Shown one piece after another: positions 50,656 to 64,000 of a DNA stretch of 64,000 bases. Every line of letters starts with the position of its first letter. Within the stretch, counting starts at the first letter, position 1. The translations under genes were made by a program, and so were the position numbers. A model generated the notes under the pieces. The model was not told the origin of the DNA. It saw only the letters and a program-made list of their open reading frames with translations, and did not search any database. The stretch is from Tubiluchus corallicola (Eukaryota > Animalia > Priapulida), in contig JAQGDQ010000714.1 of NCBI GenBank assembly GCA_030141605.1, positions 1 to 64,000 of the forward strand, given 5' to 3'.

Positions 50656-51500
50656 CACAATCTCTTGCTATTAAAGTAAGTCGTAAAAATTTACTTCCTA
50701 ACAGCTGCCCAACCACTAATCACTTTTTTGGCATAAAAAACAGAAAATAAGATGTTGTTTGATGAATGTAATGGTAATCAACGAGGTTAAACTAGAAATT
50801 GCAGGTGTCCAAATTGCAAGTGTAAGATAAAACCAAAAAGCTTGGACTCAAGTCAACTCACCTGGAGGTAAAGCAATGAAAACGAAACATGACACTTGTC
50901 ATTTAAACTTAAACTATCAGCTACAGAAAAAGGTTGGACTCAAGTCAACTCACCTGAAGGTAAAGCGATGAAAACAAAACATGACACTTATCATTTAAAC
51001 TTAAACTATCAGCTACAGAAAAAGGTGTCCCTGCAAGTGTAAATTCATTCTTAAGGTAAAGCCAATTCAATAGGCGTGAAGAAGCCATAGAAATTAGTGA
51101 TGAAAGTGAAACTATGGCTGCTGAAATGAAAATGACAACTGGCTGTCGAAGTGTAGCTATTTACACTGATAAAAAACTTCTGGGTTCACATAATAGGAAG
51201 GAAAAATGCAGCGTGGGTGAAAGTGTGGTACGAGTACCTCCTAGGACTTTGACTGACATGTAGAAGTAGGCGTGTCAATTCAACAAAAGAGATGAAGCCA
51301 ATGAGATTAATGTTAATCACAAATGGGAAGCCAGAAAAGAAAAAGTGGAAATTAATTTAGCAAACTTTGTGAAACAGCAGAGGAAATGGACTAAACCATC
51401 TCCCCAGGGAAGCTGCGCAGATGAAAAATTGGTACTATCAAAGCAACACTCACAGTAAATTCACAGTATGTCACAGTCGTTAAAATACAATAAGCTTTAA

Positions 51501-51957
51501 CCCTTTCATACCTGTTGTATCCCGTGGGATACGAGAATATTTTCTACCTTTAAAATTAATAAAATTTTAAAACTGACAGTTATTCGATCAGTTAATAGTT
51601 ATTTTGATTTAAGCCAATAACAATGGACTAAAAATGGTGATAAAATGGCAAACTAGAAAATCTACATAGCATAAAAAACTGCTCAAGGTACAGTAGTTTA
51701 GAGGTGACTTTGTACAGATCAGCATAGCATGCATAATAAATGTCTTAAATACTTTAAAAAATTATCAGCAGTTGCAAAATGAAGCACATTTTATGCTTCC
51801 ATTGAATCCCAATGTATCCCGTGGGATACAGGCTATATTTAGCACGCGGGCACAGGTAGAAAAAATTATTATTATGTGTAAACAAGATGGACATACTGAA
51901 CAAAAGTACCAAGCCAAAAAATTTTTTCTTATTAAAAAAAATTTGGGACTGAAAGGG
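51501..51957. mobile_element. piggyBac-like MITE
   Basis: TTAA|CCCTTTCA...TGAAAGGG|TTAA; homologous to 25483-25897 with a different central segment. Confidence 0.88.
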
Positions 51958-52052
51958 TTAATAGTATCGAAACGGCATTTCAGTACGTTGATAAACTTAA
52001 TAGGAAAATTAAAACATTTAGTGTTCAACTGAATATAATAAAATATCTAGAT

Positions 52053-52443
52053 TAAGGGTGAGCATCGAACGCTCGAATTCGATTCGAACGAATTTTTTTA
52101 GTTCGAACTCGATTCGAATCCAGAACTATAGATTCGAATAATTCAGCACTTCAATCACACATGTTCCTTATCACTAAAACGATTGAAACATCATGCAATT
52201 AGCATAATTTAGCTGTAATTTCTGCACACAATTTTAAACTGGTCGTTTTATTGCAGAACAAAGTCTAGTGATACGCATGATCTTTGTAAGACCAGTTTTT
52301 ACTGGTGGTTCGAAAACTTGTTCGAAAATCTTTCAATCTCAATTCGAATTCGAAACACTGAAGTTCGGTTCGATTCGAATTCGAAAGTCACAAATTCGGT
52401 TCGATTCGCGAATTCGCTTTCTGGTAGAGAATGCTCACCCCTA
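52053..52443. mobile_element. hAT-like MITE
   Basis: TIR TA(A/G)GGGTGAGCAT, 8-bp TSD ATCTAGAT (52045-52052 and 52444-52451), subterminal TTCGAA repeats. Confidence 0.92.
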
Positions 52444-53367
52444 ATCTAGATTACTTTTACCTCTGTCCTCCTTGGCTCAGCTAAGTACACCCATAGATGG
52501 ACGATAAACTAAATGCTTAAGGACGACAAATGTCCCTTTCCGCTGAAACATGACACATGCCTAATCAGTTTTAAGAACATTTACAGCCAAAATCATACAT
52601 GCTACTTCTATTACTCTGACGCAATTTTTGCCCTTCTCAGTTGCAATGAAATGTAAAAATAATTATGTTGAATTTTAACTGCTATTGAAAAAAATAAAGT
52701 TGAATTGAAATTGACAGACGATGAAGATCACGAGAGAAAAGTTTTGCCTTTGTATTTAATGTCCATACAACTTCTGTTCCCAAAAATCAAACCAAAGCCG
52801 ACATGCAGAAATACCCAGATCTTTTATGCGAAATAAAATCACGTGGATAGAGTAATAAAAGATTAATTAGTCCAAAATCACGTGGTTTTGTATGTAAGAA
52901 TTTTTTTGTGTGCCGGTAAAGCGTCTTTCCTTTCTGCTAAGATCTTGATAATAATGTCTACTTCAGGTGGATTATGAGACTTTTCGAATTTTTTTCTTAA
53001 GGATTTTCTCGGGATGCTGCCAACTGGCGTTATTATGCTCCTCATTAGCTGCTGCTGCAACTTGTCTTTCATCCCAGGGGATTTGTAAGCTCTCAGAGTG
53101 ATCATTGATGATAAGCGACGTGACGTTTTTCCATATTCTTTGCAGGCTTATTCTAAATCTTGTCTGTCACGTGCGGTAGATTTTCTCCAGGAAATTTGAG
53201 TCGAAATAAATTTACGAATTGCGACGTGGAGTAAAGTAGCTAAGATGGCGTACACGCTGTAAAGCATGACAGCTTCATTGAACACTTGTCCTATTGTCAC
53301 TGACGCAAAAGTTTAAATGTTGCTGATTAAATGACTGTTTTACGGGGTCATCGTATCTGAGATTATT

Positions 53368-54138
53368 GATATGGCACGTGGAAATGTATCTCAGTTTTAC
53401 TTGATATGGCACATGTATATATAACTTTGGAAATGTGTCTATCTTTTATTTGATGGCACATGTACACATAACTTTGGAAATGTGTCTATCTTTTATTTGA
53501 TATTTCACATGTATATGTAACTTTGGAAATGTGTCTACCTTTTATTTGATATGGCACATGTACACATAACTTTGGAAAAGTATCTATCTTTTATTTGATA
53601 TGGCACATGTATACATAACTTTGGAAATGTATCTACCTTTTATTTGATAAGGCACATGTATACATAATTTTGGAAAAGTGTCTATCTTTTATTTGATATG
53701 GCACATGTACACATAACTTTGGAAATGGGTCTATCTTTTATTTGATATTTCACATGTATACATAACTTTGGAAATGTGTCTATCTTTTATTTGATATTTC
53801 ACATGTATACATAACTTTGGAAATGTATCTACCTTTTATTTGATATGGCACATGTATACATAACTTTGGAAATGTATCTACGTTTTATTTGATGTGGCAC
53901 ATGTATACATAACTTTGGAAAAGTGTCTATCTTTCATTTGATATGGCACATGTACACATAACTTTGGAAATGTGTCTATCTTTTATTTGATATGGCACAT
54001 GTATACATAACTTTGGAAATGTATGTAGCTTTTATTTGATATGGAACATGTATACATAACTTTGGAAATGTATCTACCTTTTATTTGATATGGAACATGT
54101 ATACAAAACTTTGGAAATGTATCTACATTTTGTTTGAT
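53368..54138. repeat. 49-bp minisatellite (~16 copies)
   Basis: Unit ATATGGCACATGTATACATAACTTTGGAAATGTGTCTATCTTTTATTTG. Confidence 0.95.
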
Positions 54139-54843
54139 CTTTAAAGAAAATAACAAGTCGCTTCTTTACCACGTTGGGTTTATTTTACTGCTACCACTTA
54201 AATTTTGAAAAATACAACAAAAAAAAATTGTAAAAAACTGTCTATAAAGCATAAAGTGAATTTGCTCCAAAGTTAACTGATACAATAATGAATGAATTTA
54301 ATGCAAAAAACTATGTATACTACAACTGTACAGTGATTGCCGCAATTTACTTAAAATTTGTGACGTAACTGGTGGACTTCGTGACTTTATGTAAGCGCAT
54401 CGCAGCTTTCAGTAAGCGTGCACTGCTTAAACTAATTCGAACTTCTAAAGCTTACCCAATATCAGTTCAAAAATATCACAAAATCGGCTATCTAATTTTT
54501 TTTGTAAAAACTTATACTTTTGACAGAAATTGACAACGTGCTGCCTTCAGACGATAAATGACGACACTGGTGGAAGAATGGCCGTTCGAAAATTGAAGCG
54601 TGAAATAATCGCGCCTTGAAAAATGAATTTAAAGGTGATTTTACTAATTACAAGAGGAGCTTATCATACTTTCGTTATTAAATACCAGTGCCGGATTTAG
54701 GTTTAATCTAAATAAGTTACATTTTAGAGCCTCACAATCTCAATGAGACCTCAAGAAGATTCCAGATTGGGTTTTATACTCATTTCTGTAATTGAGTAAT
54801 ATTTCAGCCATAAAACAATATCACTTTGCTAGTAAATAATTAA

Positions 54844-55385
54844 AGGAAGACCGGACGATTGTTTGGACTCAATCTAATTTTAATTTACTGTCCAAAATAT
54901 ACATTTTCTGGCCTATAAAGGTTAACAATTGTTTCTTATATTTGAATAATTAGCTTGGAAAGTTAATTAACGGCAACCGAACACAGTTATTGGTTACATC
55001 AGAAACTAACCAGAGTTTGTGCAATGGCAGGCATCTTCCCTTGTGCGTCAAGCTCGTTTGCGCACGTGTTACTGTTTAAACGCATGATGTCACGAAAATG
55101 AGCTCTACATCGTATGACGTCAGAAACTAACACTCCTGTTCGTGATCGTGCTTATCACGGTACCGCCTTCTATTTGTCGACCACGCGAATGTGACAAAAA
55201 GCGTCGTTGCCAATCTTAGTAGATTCACTGAGCCGCGCGTAGTTGTGAAAGTTTAACAAAATTTGAATATCCGAGGCAATTATTATTTAATCTAAACTTT
55301 GATTCAAAAAAAACTATTGTAGTTTTCAATATTCTAGAACATTCTTTATTCTGAACTCGTGTTTACACAATCATCCGGTTTTTCT
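54844..55385. mobile_element. Kolobok/T2-like MITE, apparently nested in an older hAT-like MITE (54686-55552)
   Basis: TTAA|AGGAAGACCGGA ... TCCGGTTTTTCT|TTAA; outer TIR CAGTGCCGGATTTAG / CTAAATCTGGCACTG. Confidence 0.7.
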
Positions 55386-55403
55386 TTAAAAGGCATATAT
55401 GTT

Positions 55404-55461
<58 letters not shown>

Positions 55462-56696
55462 GGTTTTCTGGGACCAGCTGGCGTAATTTTAAAAAAGAGG
55501 GTTTAAGGGCTTTATATAACTTAGGACCTCACCAAGTCTAAATCTGGCACTGCTAGATCCTATCCGATCCAAAAAATTTCACGAACACTGAAATAAGCCT
55601 AACTCATCAGAAAAGTTTGCTCTTTCCTTTAACACACTGTTTCATATGCAAAACAAAGAACTGGTGGGAAATGCGTTTTATGACTGCCGCCTACCTTCAC
55701 TTACAGTGTGTTTTAGTTCGAGTGAAAACACGGCAATTTCACGGAAGAATCATAAAACAGGGAAAATTTCGCTTCGTCAAACACAAAAGTGCATGCAGAA
55801 CAGAGATAAGCAAGAAAATTGCATTGAGGTCGAGCCGTGGAGACTCACATCACCATGAAATACACAAAATGAATAAGAAAACATGGCAAGGTAGATTTGA
55901 ACCTGTCACCTCTATAGCGACAAGGAAAAAATCGGTGCATTGGGTTACTAAATTCCCACTATTTGCACGACTGTAAATCGACTGTTTTTTTCTTTGGGCT
56001 GCTTACCTCTGGAATGCTTTATCAGCAAACTGTTTCCCTGCAAACTACACGTGCTTGAAGAGAAAACTAAATTGATACTACCAAATTAGTAGTAGTAGTA
56101 GTAGTAGTAAAATCTTTATTTGCCATTTTAATTGACTTACTACCAGATATCATTTCATCTGAATCTGTATCCATACGTTTCTATTGTGACAATTACATTG
56201 GCTAGGCAACAGCGAGTTTGGTTACTAAATGGAATGGTGACCGGCATGAAAACTGCTTAGTTGGTTTCAGCTGCCGGGTATTGAGTACGCGGAAAATAAC
56301 ATGAGACAGTATTTAGAAGGTATGCAAACCCCAACTCATCTGTTGTTTGAATGTAGATTCATAAATAGCGTTAAAGGAGAAAACTGTGTAAGTGTTTTAC
56401 AGCAGGAGGTTATTAATTATATGTTAATTAGTCATCATAATTTGATTTTAATTAATTTTGCTAATATTTCGTTAGATAATTTTATTTTGTCACAACCTAA
56501 CGGGATTATATGTTGTAGATAACTGATGTCAATGGCAGTTAAGCAGGTAATGATAATACAATGTTATCATAGCTATTTTGTAAATTGTTTAAAATGATAT
56601 GTAAATACTGTTAACTGTTATAGCCCTGCAAATAGAGGGCAGAAATATATATATATGTACACCTGTATATGCTCATATGCTCAAAATAAAGAGTTC

Positions 56697-57045
<349 letters not shown>

Positions 57046-58487
57046 GTCATACTGTGTAGTTACCTCGTTGAGATTGGACGTATACTCTGTAGCAAATACA
57101 CTTCTTACGCTTTGGTATGTCAACTTAGAGTATTATCCTCGATAATAAGATGAATTCTGGTCCTACCACAACTACGTAGCGCTGACTGTCAACTCGCAGA
57201 ATGCGAAACCGTATCAAAATCCATCAAGTGTCCAGAACAGAGAAGACAATACAGCTAAAGGAGGCTGGCTTGTATGACATTGTACTGATAGGTGAAAATT
57301 ATAGGATCTCAGTACACAGCACCAACGGTTTGCCAGAACTGTATGACACTGAGTGAATAATACTGATTATGTAGACACTGCGTTTTGTCAATGACAGCTG
57401 AAACGTCGTTTGTAAGAGAAGATAACGTAAGCTTCTAACGTTTTTCGAAATGCATAAGAGCAGCAGACACAAGTCGCGACAATAGAGGAGCAATTTCTTC
57501 CCGTCTCTGATGTCAATTTGTTGCAGCGGTTCCATGATAACGATGCACCAGCAAAAGATCCGTGTCAGAAACTAAACACCTGGACTTGCTGCTCCTTGCT
57601 CCCAGGTAGGATAATACTTGGTGGAACTGTGCAAAGCAAACTGAACATATCAGAGATGTTACAGCTATGCCATCGGGATCAGGGATGAGAATGATAAATT
57701 GCAAACAGGCGGGGTTTTTTGGGGCCGTCTAGGCCCGCAATGGGGTTGAGGGGCAAAGGCCCCTTGGAGCCAGCAACAAATTTGCTATTTTGCGACCATA
57801 GAGAGCCTCTATGGTGTATAGCCTCTAGGTGGACTTAAAATATCAATTACGTTGTTTCTTGCACAATTTAAAATACCCAACTATCAAGGACACATGATAC
57901 CTAATTGTCTCAAAAACGTCTAAGTACTGGCCGCTCCTATGCAAAAGTATATAAAAACTGTCTGCAATTGACTCAAATAACTCCGCACAATTGATTCTCT
58001 ATTTTTATACGTAGAGATATACACTCCAGCAATGCAGTGTTTGGCTATTGTGCGCATGCGGTCATGCGCACATGCGTAAGCCCAGGTAGAGAAAGTACTG
58101 TCGCTCACACAGTTTGTTGCCAGTTGTCGCGTGCTTACTGTGAACTGAACTGCGACGATTTAGTGTATTAGTAAGAAAAAAATGTTTTTTGTTTATGATT
58201 TATCAAGTTGATGTATAAACTTTCGTATGCTTGTTTGCTTAAAATTACAATATCAAAATAAAATTACACATGTTTGTATCATTTTACACGGTATTAAAAC
58301 AATGGCTAAACATTTTCTGAGGCAGCACCGTCACTAATTTTAGCTACGAGCCGTCACTGGTTTTTCATTCATTGAGATGATGATGATGATCATGATGATG
58401 ATTTAGAACGCAGCTTAGAAAATAATGACATTAGAAACATTTACAGAAAGAGAGACACTAATGTAATTGAAATGTATATAGATATTG

Positions 58488-58900
58488 GCGGAGGAGCTGC
58501 ACAAGGCAGCCAACGGCTAGAGGGCGGAGGAGGTCAAGTGATCCAACGGCCATGTGTAGAGGAGTAAACTTTCCAAATTAGGAGTGGAGCCCTGAAGGCG
58601 GGGACCAGTGCAGCATGCTCACTGACTCCGGCAGCTCCTGCAGCCAACCTGGTGCCAAACGTATCGCTCCGCTTTCCTTTGGACTACACCAGGGAGGAAG
58701 AGAGGGGGTTCCTGTTGTCTAGGCAACTCAGGATCTCCATACACCTTGCCCAGACGTGCGCCCTGGAGAGGCCACTCCAGTGGTTCAAGGATCGGACTGC
58801 TCAGCCACAGTCGACGCTGCAGCTCCATCAATGTGATCAATGACTCTCTTGGCGCACACTCCATTGTCTTCCGAGACAGAAAGATGCCAACCAACCAACC
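58488..58900 (+). mobile_element. Head-less bipartite (internally deleted) RTE-derived element, body of the 5S SINE
   Basis: Homologous to 45942-46287; retains SRIGLLSHSRRC codons at 58785-58820; (CCAA)n tail; TSD AGATATTG at 58480-58487 and 58901-58908. Confidence 0.88.
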
Positions 58901-59634
58901 AGATATTGTAAAAGAACCAACCCAAAATGATCTTATAGTTAATTGATTATACATTGATTACAAATATTGGATATATGTTTAGAATAAGTAAATCGTAATG
59001 CAAAATTGTCAGCTTGTTTAGTAAGAAATTTATTTAATGTACATAGTGTAAAGACTTATTTAACATTTTTGCACTTTTGTGCCCTGCAAATAGAGGCTTC
59101 TTGTATAATTTTCAATAAAGATTTTTAATAATAATAATAATTAATAATCAATCATTTATTCACCACTTTGATAGTATCTACACTTTAATCCCATGCTTGC
59201 TAATATCACAAATACAAACACTTCAGGTTTGCCACCTGACAGGCAATAATAATAAACCTCGGCTATGATTATTTATAATCAAACGCTGACTTTCATTATT
59301 ATTATTTATTATTTATACTTTCATTACCCTGCTGTCAGTTAAAACGTTAATTTACTATAGCTGCTACTTACTGCATAACCTGTGATGCCTTTCATACGAC
59401 CGCTGTGCGGGTTCAGCGACCTCTTCCGGCAAATATTATGAACGAACAACACAGAAAGACCTTTAAGCTAAAAACACGCGAGCCATAAAACTGGCTTCCT
59501 GTTTCCTTAATTACAGGTAAGTTAACACCTATACGTAAAATTTGTAAATTAATGAGAGCCAGCACCACGGGTCTCTAATTAATAGCTAATATTAAATTAC
59601 CCTGTATTATGACTTTGTGCATTCGCTGACGTTT

Positions 59635-60098
59635 TAAAAGTGGTCACGTGTACGTAAAAACTGAAGCGAAGCAATGCTAAAACCGGTCGATAAACAGATG
59701 GGTGAGCAGAGGTAAAAACTGCCTCTGTACTGTTATACTAGTTGACTATTTAGAAGTGGTCACGTGTACGTAAAAACTGAAGCAAAGCCATGCCAAAACT
59801 GGTCGGTAAACAGATGGGTGAGCAGAGGTAAAAACTGCCTCTGTACTGTTATACTAGTTGACTATTTAGAAGGGGTCACGTGTATGTAAAAGCTGAAGTG
59901 AAGCCATGCCAAAAACGGTCGATAAACAGAGGGTGAGCACAGGTAAAAACTGCCTCTGTACTGCTATACTAGTTGACTATTTAAAAGTGGTCACGTGTAC
60001 GTAAAAACTGAAGCAAAGCCATGCCAAAACCGGTCGATAAACAGATGGGTGAGCACAGGAAAAAACTGCCTCTGTACTGCTATACTAGTTGACTATTT
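59635..60098. repeat. ~116-bp tandem repeat, 4 copies
   Basis: GGTCACGTGTACGTAAAAACTGAAG...CTAGTTGACTATTT. Confidence 0.93.
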
Positions 60099-60774
60099 AC
60101 CTAGTTGAGAGGGGATGAATAAGTCATAAGTCATTTATTTCACATTACACATTTACAATAGTTTCATGTACAATATCTAGTGAAAGGGCCTACAATGGAT
60201 ATAATACAAATAAGAAATACTGCACAGGAAAAGCCTCAAACACTGTTCACTTATACACGAAGGTAAATGTGTTGCGGGCAATCAAAAAGCAGGGCTTGTT
60301 AGATTGTCCCACACAGTGAGAGAAAAAAAAGTAATGAAAATAATCTGAAAATTTAAAGTGAATCGTGATAAAAAAACATTAGGGCTTAAAATGGAATGAT
60401 GTAATGAATGAAGCTCATATATGAGATGATATAAAAGATAGAAAGACTATTATTTTTTAACACTATGTAAAATTAAAATAACTTGATTAAGCATGTGAAC
60501 GTGGCAGGAAACCTCTGCTGTTCAATCGGATGATGATTTTTTGTGACACGTGGACTAACGAAATTATGGGGTCACTTCAGTGGGAGCTACCCTCTAACTC
60601 GGCCGCATCCGTCAAACAGGGCTTCTTATCTCAAATAAAGGGATTCAAAAATGCGCCCTTTATCTCAAGTAAAAGGTCTCAACTTACAAAGGGAGAGAGA
60701 TTTCCTCTTTGTAGCATGTCTACCCGTGTCACGTCACCGATTAATGATGTCACTAATCCATAACTTACAGCATC

Positions 60775-63590
60775 TCATTTCTCTTCTTCAATTCATTACC
60801 CTCACTTCTCTTTTCCCCCACTTAAATTTGGGTACATATATGTGTATGTGTGTATCAATGTATATACAAGTAAGCAATGTGGTGCATTGTAATACAAGTA
60901 AGTGGTACATTGACATATAATCATTTAATTCATATTTGTAATTATTTAAAAAAAATTCATTCTTTAAGGCTCACTCAAAGTCGTAATTACATATTATGTT
61001 TTCCTTTCTCAACTTTCAGGTTTATTGCTCTTATACCATTGCTATTATTACATCATTTACTTCATCTTTATTTACATTAAGTTATCTACAGAAGCATGCA
61101 TAACTATAATCATTTTTTCATTTAAGTAAGGTGAGTGTGTTAAGGACCGTATGGTCGTACACTCACCTCGCACTACTCAAATTATTACATCATTTACTTC
61201 ATCCTTATTTACATTAAGTTATCTACAGAAGCATGCATAACTATAATCATTTTTTCATTTAAGTAAGGTGAGTGTGTTAATGACCGTATGGTCGTACACT
61301 CACCTCGCACTACTCAAATTATTACATCATTTACTTCATCCTTATTTACATTAAGTTATCTACAGAAGCATGCATAACTATAATCATTTTCTCATTTAAG
61401 TAAGGTGAGTGTGTTAATGACCGTATGGTCGTACACTCACCTCGCACTACTCAAATTACTACATCATTTACTTCATCCTTATTTACATTAAGTTATCTAC
61501 AGAAGCATGCATAACTATAATCATTTTTTCATTTAAGTAATGTGAGTGTGTTAATGACCGTATGGTCGTACACTCACCTCGCACTACTCAAATTATTACA
61601 TCATTTACTTCATCCTTATTTACATTAAGTTATCTGCAGAAGCATGCATAATTATAATCATTTTTCTCATTTAAGTAAGGTGAGTGTGTTAATGACCGTA
61701 TGGTCGTACACTCACCTCGCACTACTCAAATTACTACATCATTTACTTCATCCTTATTTACATTAAGTTATCTACAGGAGCACGCATAACTATAATCATT
61801 TTTTCATTTAAGTAATGTGAGTGTGTTAATGACCGTGTGGTCGTACACTCACCTCGCACTACTCAAATTATTACATCATTTACTTCATCCTTATTTACAT
61901 TAAATTATCTACAGAAGCATGCATAACTTTGATCATTTTTTCATTTAAGTAAGGTGGGTGTGTTAATGACCGTATGGTCGTACACTCACCTCGCACTACT
62001 CGAATTATTACATCATTTACTTCATCCTTATTTACATAAAGTTATTTACAGAAGCATGCATAACTATAATCATTTTCTCATTTAAGTAAGGTGAATGTGT
62101 TAATGACCGTATGGTCGTACACTCACCTCGCACTACTCAAATTATTACATCATTTACTTCATCCTTATTTACATTAAGTTATCTACAGAAGCATGCATAA
62201 CTATAATCATTTTTTCATTTAAGTAAGGTGAGTGTGTTAATGACCATATGATCGTACACTCACCTCGCACTACTCGAATTATTACATCATTTACTTCATC
62301 CTTATTTACATTAAGTTATCTACAGAAGCATGCATAACTATAATCATTTTCTCATTTAAGTAAGGTGAATGTGTTAATGACCGTATGGTCGTACACTCAC
62401 CTCGCACTACTCAAATTATTACATCATTTACTTCATCCTTATTTACATTAAGTTATCTACAGAAGCATGCATAACTATAATCATTTTTTCATTTAAGTAA
62501 GGTGAGTGTGTTAATGACCGTATGATCGTACACTCACCTCGCACTACTCAAATTACTACATCATTTACTTCATCCTTATTTACATTAAGTTATCTGCAGA
62601 AGCATGCATAATTATAATCATTTTTCTCATTTAAGTAAGGTGAGTGTGTTAATGACCGTATGGTCGTACACTCACCTCGCACTACTCAAATTACTACATC
62701 ATTTACTTCATCCTTATTTACATTAAGTTATCTACAGGAGCATGCATAACTATAATCATTTTCTCATTTAAGTAAGGTGAATGTGTTAATGACCGTATGG
62801 TCGTACACTCACCTCGCACTACTCAAATTATTACATCATTTACTTCATCCTTATTTACATTAAGTTATCTACAGAAGCATGCATAACTATGATCATTTTT
62901 TCATTTAAGTAAGCTCAGTGTGTTAATGACCATATGATCGTACACTCACCTCGCACTACTCGAATTATTACATCATTTACTTCATCCTTATTTACATTAA
63001 GTTATCTACAGAAGCATGCATAACTGTAATCATTATTTCATTTAAGTAAGGTGAATGTGTTAATGACCGTATGGTCGTACACTCACCTCGCACTACTCAA
63101 ATTACTACATCATTTACTTCATCCTTATTTACATTAAGTTATCTACAGGAGCACGCATAACTATAATCATTTTTTCATTTAAGTAATGTGAGTGTGTTAA
63201 TGACCGTATGGTCGTACACTCACCTCGCACTACTCAAATTATTACATCATTTACTTCATCCTTATTTACATTAAGTTATCTACAGAAGCATGCATAACTA
63301 TAATCATTATTTCATTTAAGTAAGGTGAATGTGTTAATGACCGTATGGTCGTACACTCACCTCGCACTACTCAAATTATTACATCATTTACTTCATCCTT
63401 ATTTACATTAAGTTATCTACAGACGCATGCATAACTATAATCATTTTTTCATTTAAGTAAGGTGAATGTGTTAATGACCGTGTGGTCGTACACTCACCTC
63501 GCACTACTCAAATTATTTTATTTAAAGTTTATTAATGTGTTTCGTATTGTATTTTTTGATGTGTGAAATAAAATTCATAGTTCATAGTTC
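60775..63590 (+). mobile_element. LINE 3' end carrying an expanded internal satellite
   Basis: Flanks match the 42005-42600 copy; ends AATAAAATTCATAGTTCATAGTTC. Confidence 0.8.
61043..63516. repeat. 137-bp tandem array (18 copies), each with a conserved stem-loop
   Basis: GGTGAGTGTG-TTAAT-GACC-GTAT-GGTC-GT-ACACTCACC at 61130, 61267, ... ~63461. Confidence 0.97.
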
Positions 63591-63713
63591 TGAATTGGTC
63601 ATAATCGTTATAATAAACCACAATGGTGTCTAAATACTCTGGCAATCACAGTCACAATCTAACTAATTAACGATATCGTTAGTTGCCAGTTAATTTGAGA
63701 AAAGTGTTGATAT

Positions 63714-64000
63714 TAGGGGTGAGCATCGAACGTTCGAATTCGAACTTAGTTCGAACGAGTTTTTTTTAGTTCGAACTCGATTCGAATCCAAAACTATAGA
63801 TTCGAATAATTCAGCACTTCAATAACATATGTTCCTGATCATTAAAACGATTGAAACATCACGCAATTAGCATAATTTCGTAGTTATTCTGTGCACAACT
63901 TTAAGCAATTTACTAGTCGTTTTATTGCAGAACAAAATCTAGTGACATGGCTGCTCTTTGTAAGACTCATTTTTACTGGCGGTTCGAAAACTTCTTCGAA
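63714..64000. mobile_element. hAT-like MITE, second copy (runs off the window)
   Basis: TAGGGGTGAGCATCGAACG..., homologous to 52053-52330. Confidence 0.88.

Noticed and set aside
52878-53105. ORF faintly resembling a Myb/SANT-like start
   Set aside because: Too short, no convincing motif or splice context.
61130-61170. SECIS element or ribozyme interpretation of the array hairpin
   Set aside because: Lacks SECIS helix-2 length, the AA loop and GA quartet partner; no hammerhead or HDV core.
61043-63516. CRISPR-like array of palindromic repeats
   Set aside because: The sequence between hairpins is near-identical in every unit (no unique spacers), there are no cas genes and the context is eukaryotic.

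Overview
AT-rich, repeat-dense eukaryotic DNA from an invertebrate animal (lineage not determinable; lophotrochozoan-like is only a guess). Two spliced genes lie on the minus strand. The first five coding exons of a GMC oxidoreductase (glucose/choline dehydrogenase-like) span 1992-8364 and include a GC-AG intron. Three exons of an M13 peptidase (endothelin-converting-enzyme/neprilysin-like) span 30882-36390; I found no further M13 exons, so the GMC gene may be nested in an M13 intron. The rest is LINE 3' ends, Penelope-like fragments with minimal hammerhead ribozymes, several MITEs (piggyBac-, hAT-, Tc/pogo-, Kolobok-like) and many mini/microsatellites. Most notable: (1) a complete 5S-rRNA-headed SINE with TSD whose body is an internally deleted RTE LINE, together with head-less relatives in the same window; (2) a 32-bp array that multiplies an exon end plus its GC splice donor about 50 times, with some copies converted to perfect GT donors; (3) an 18-copy 137-bp satellite built from a LINE 3'-UTR stem-loop; (4) a ~1.5-kb fold-back of two LINE ends; (5) a palindrome fused at a Penelope hammerhead. 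Bases 1-~890 look like a fold-back assembly artefact. Coordinates and copy numbers were read by eye and repeat boundaries are approximate.
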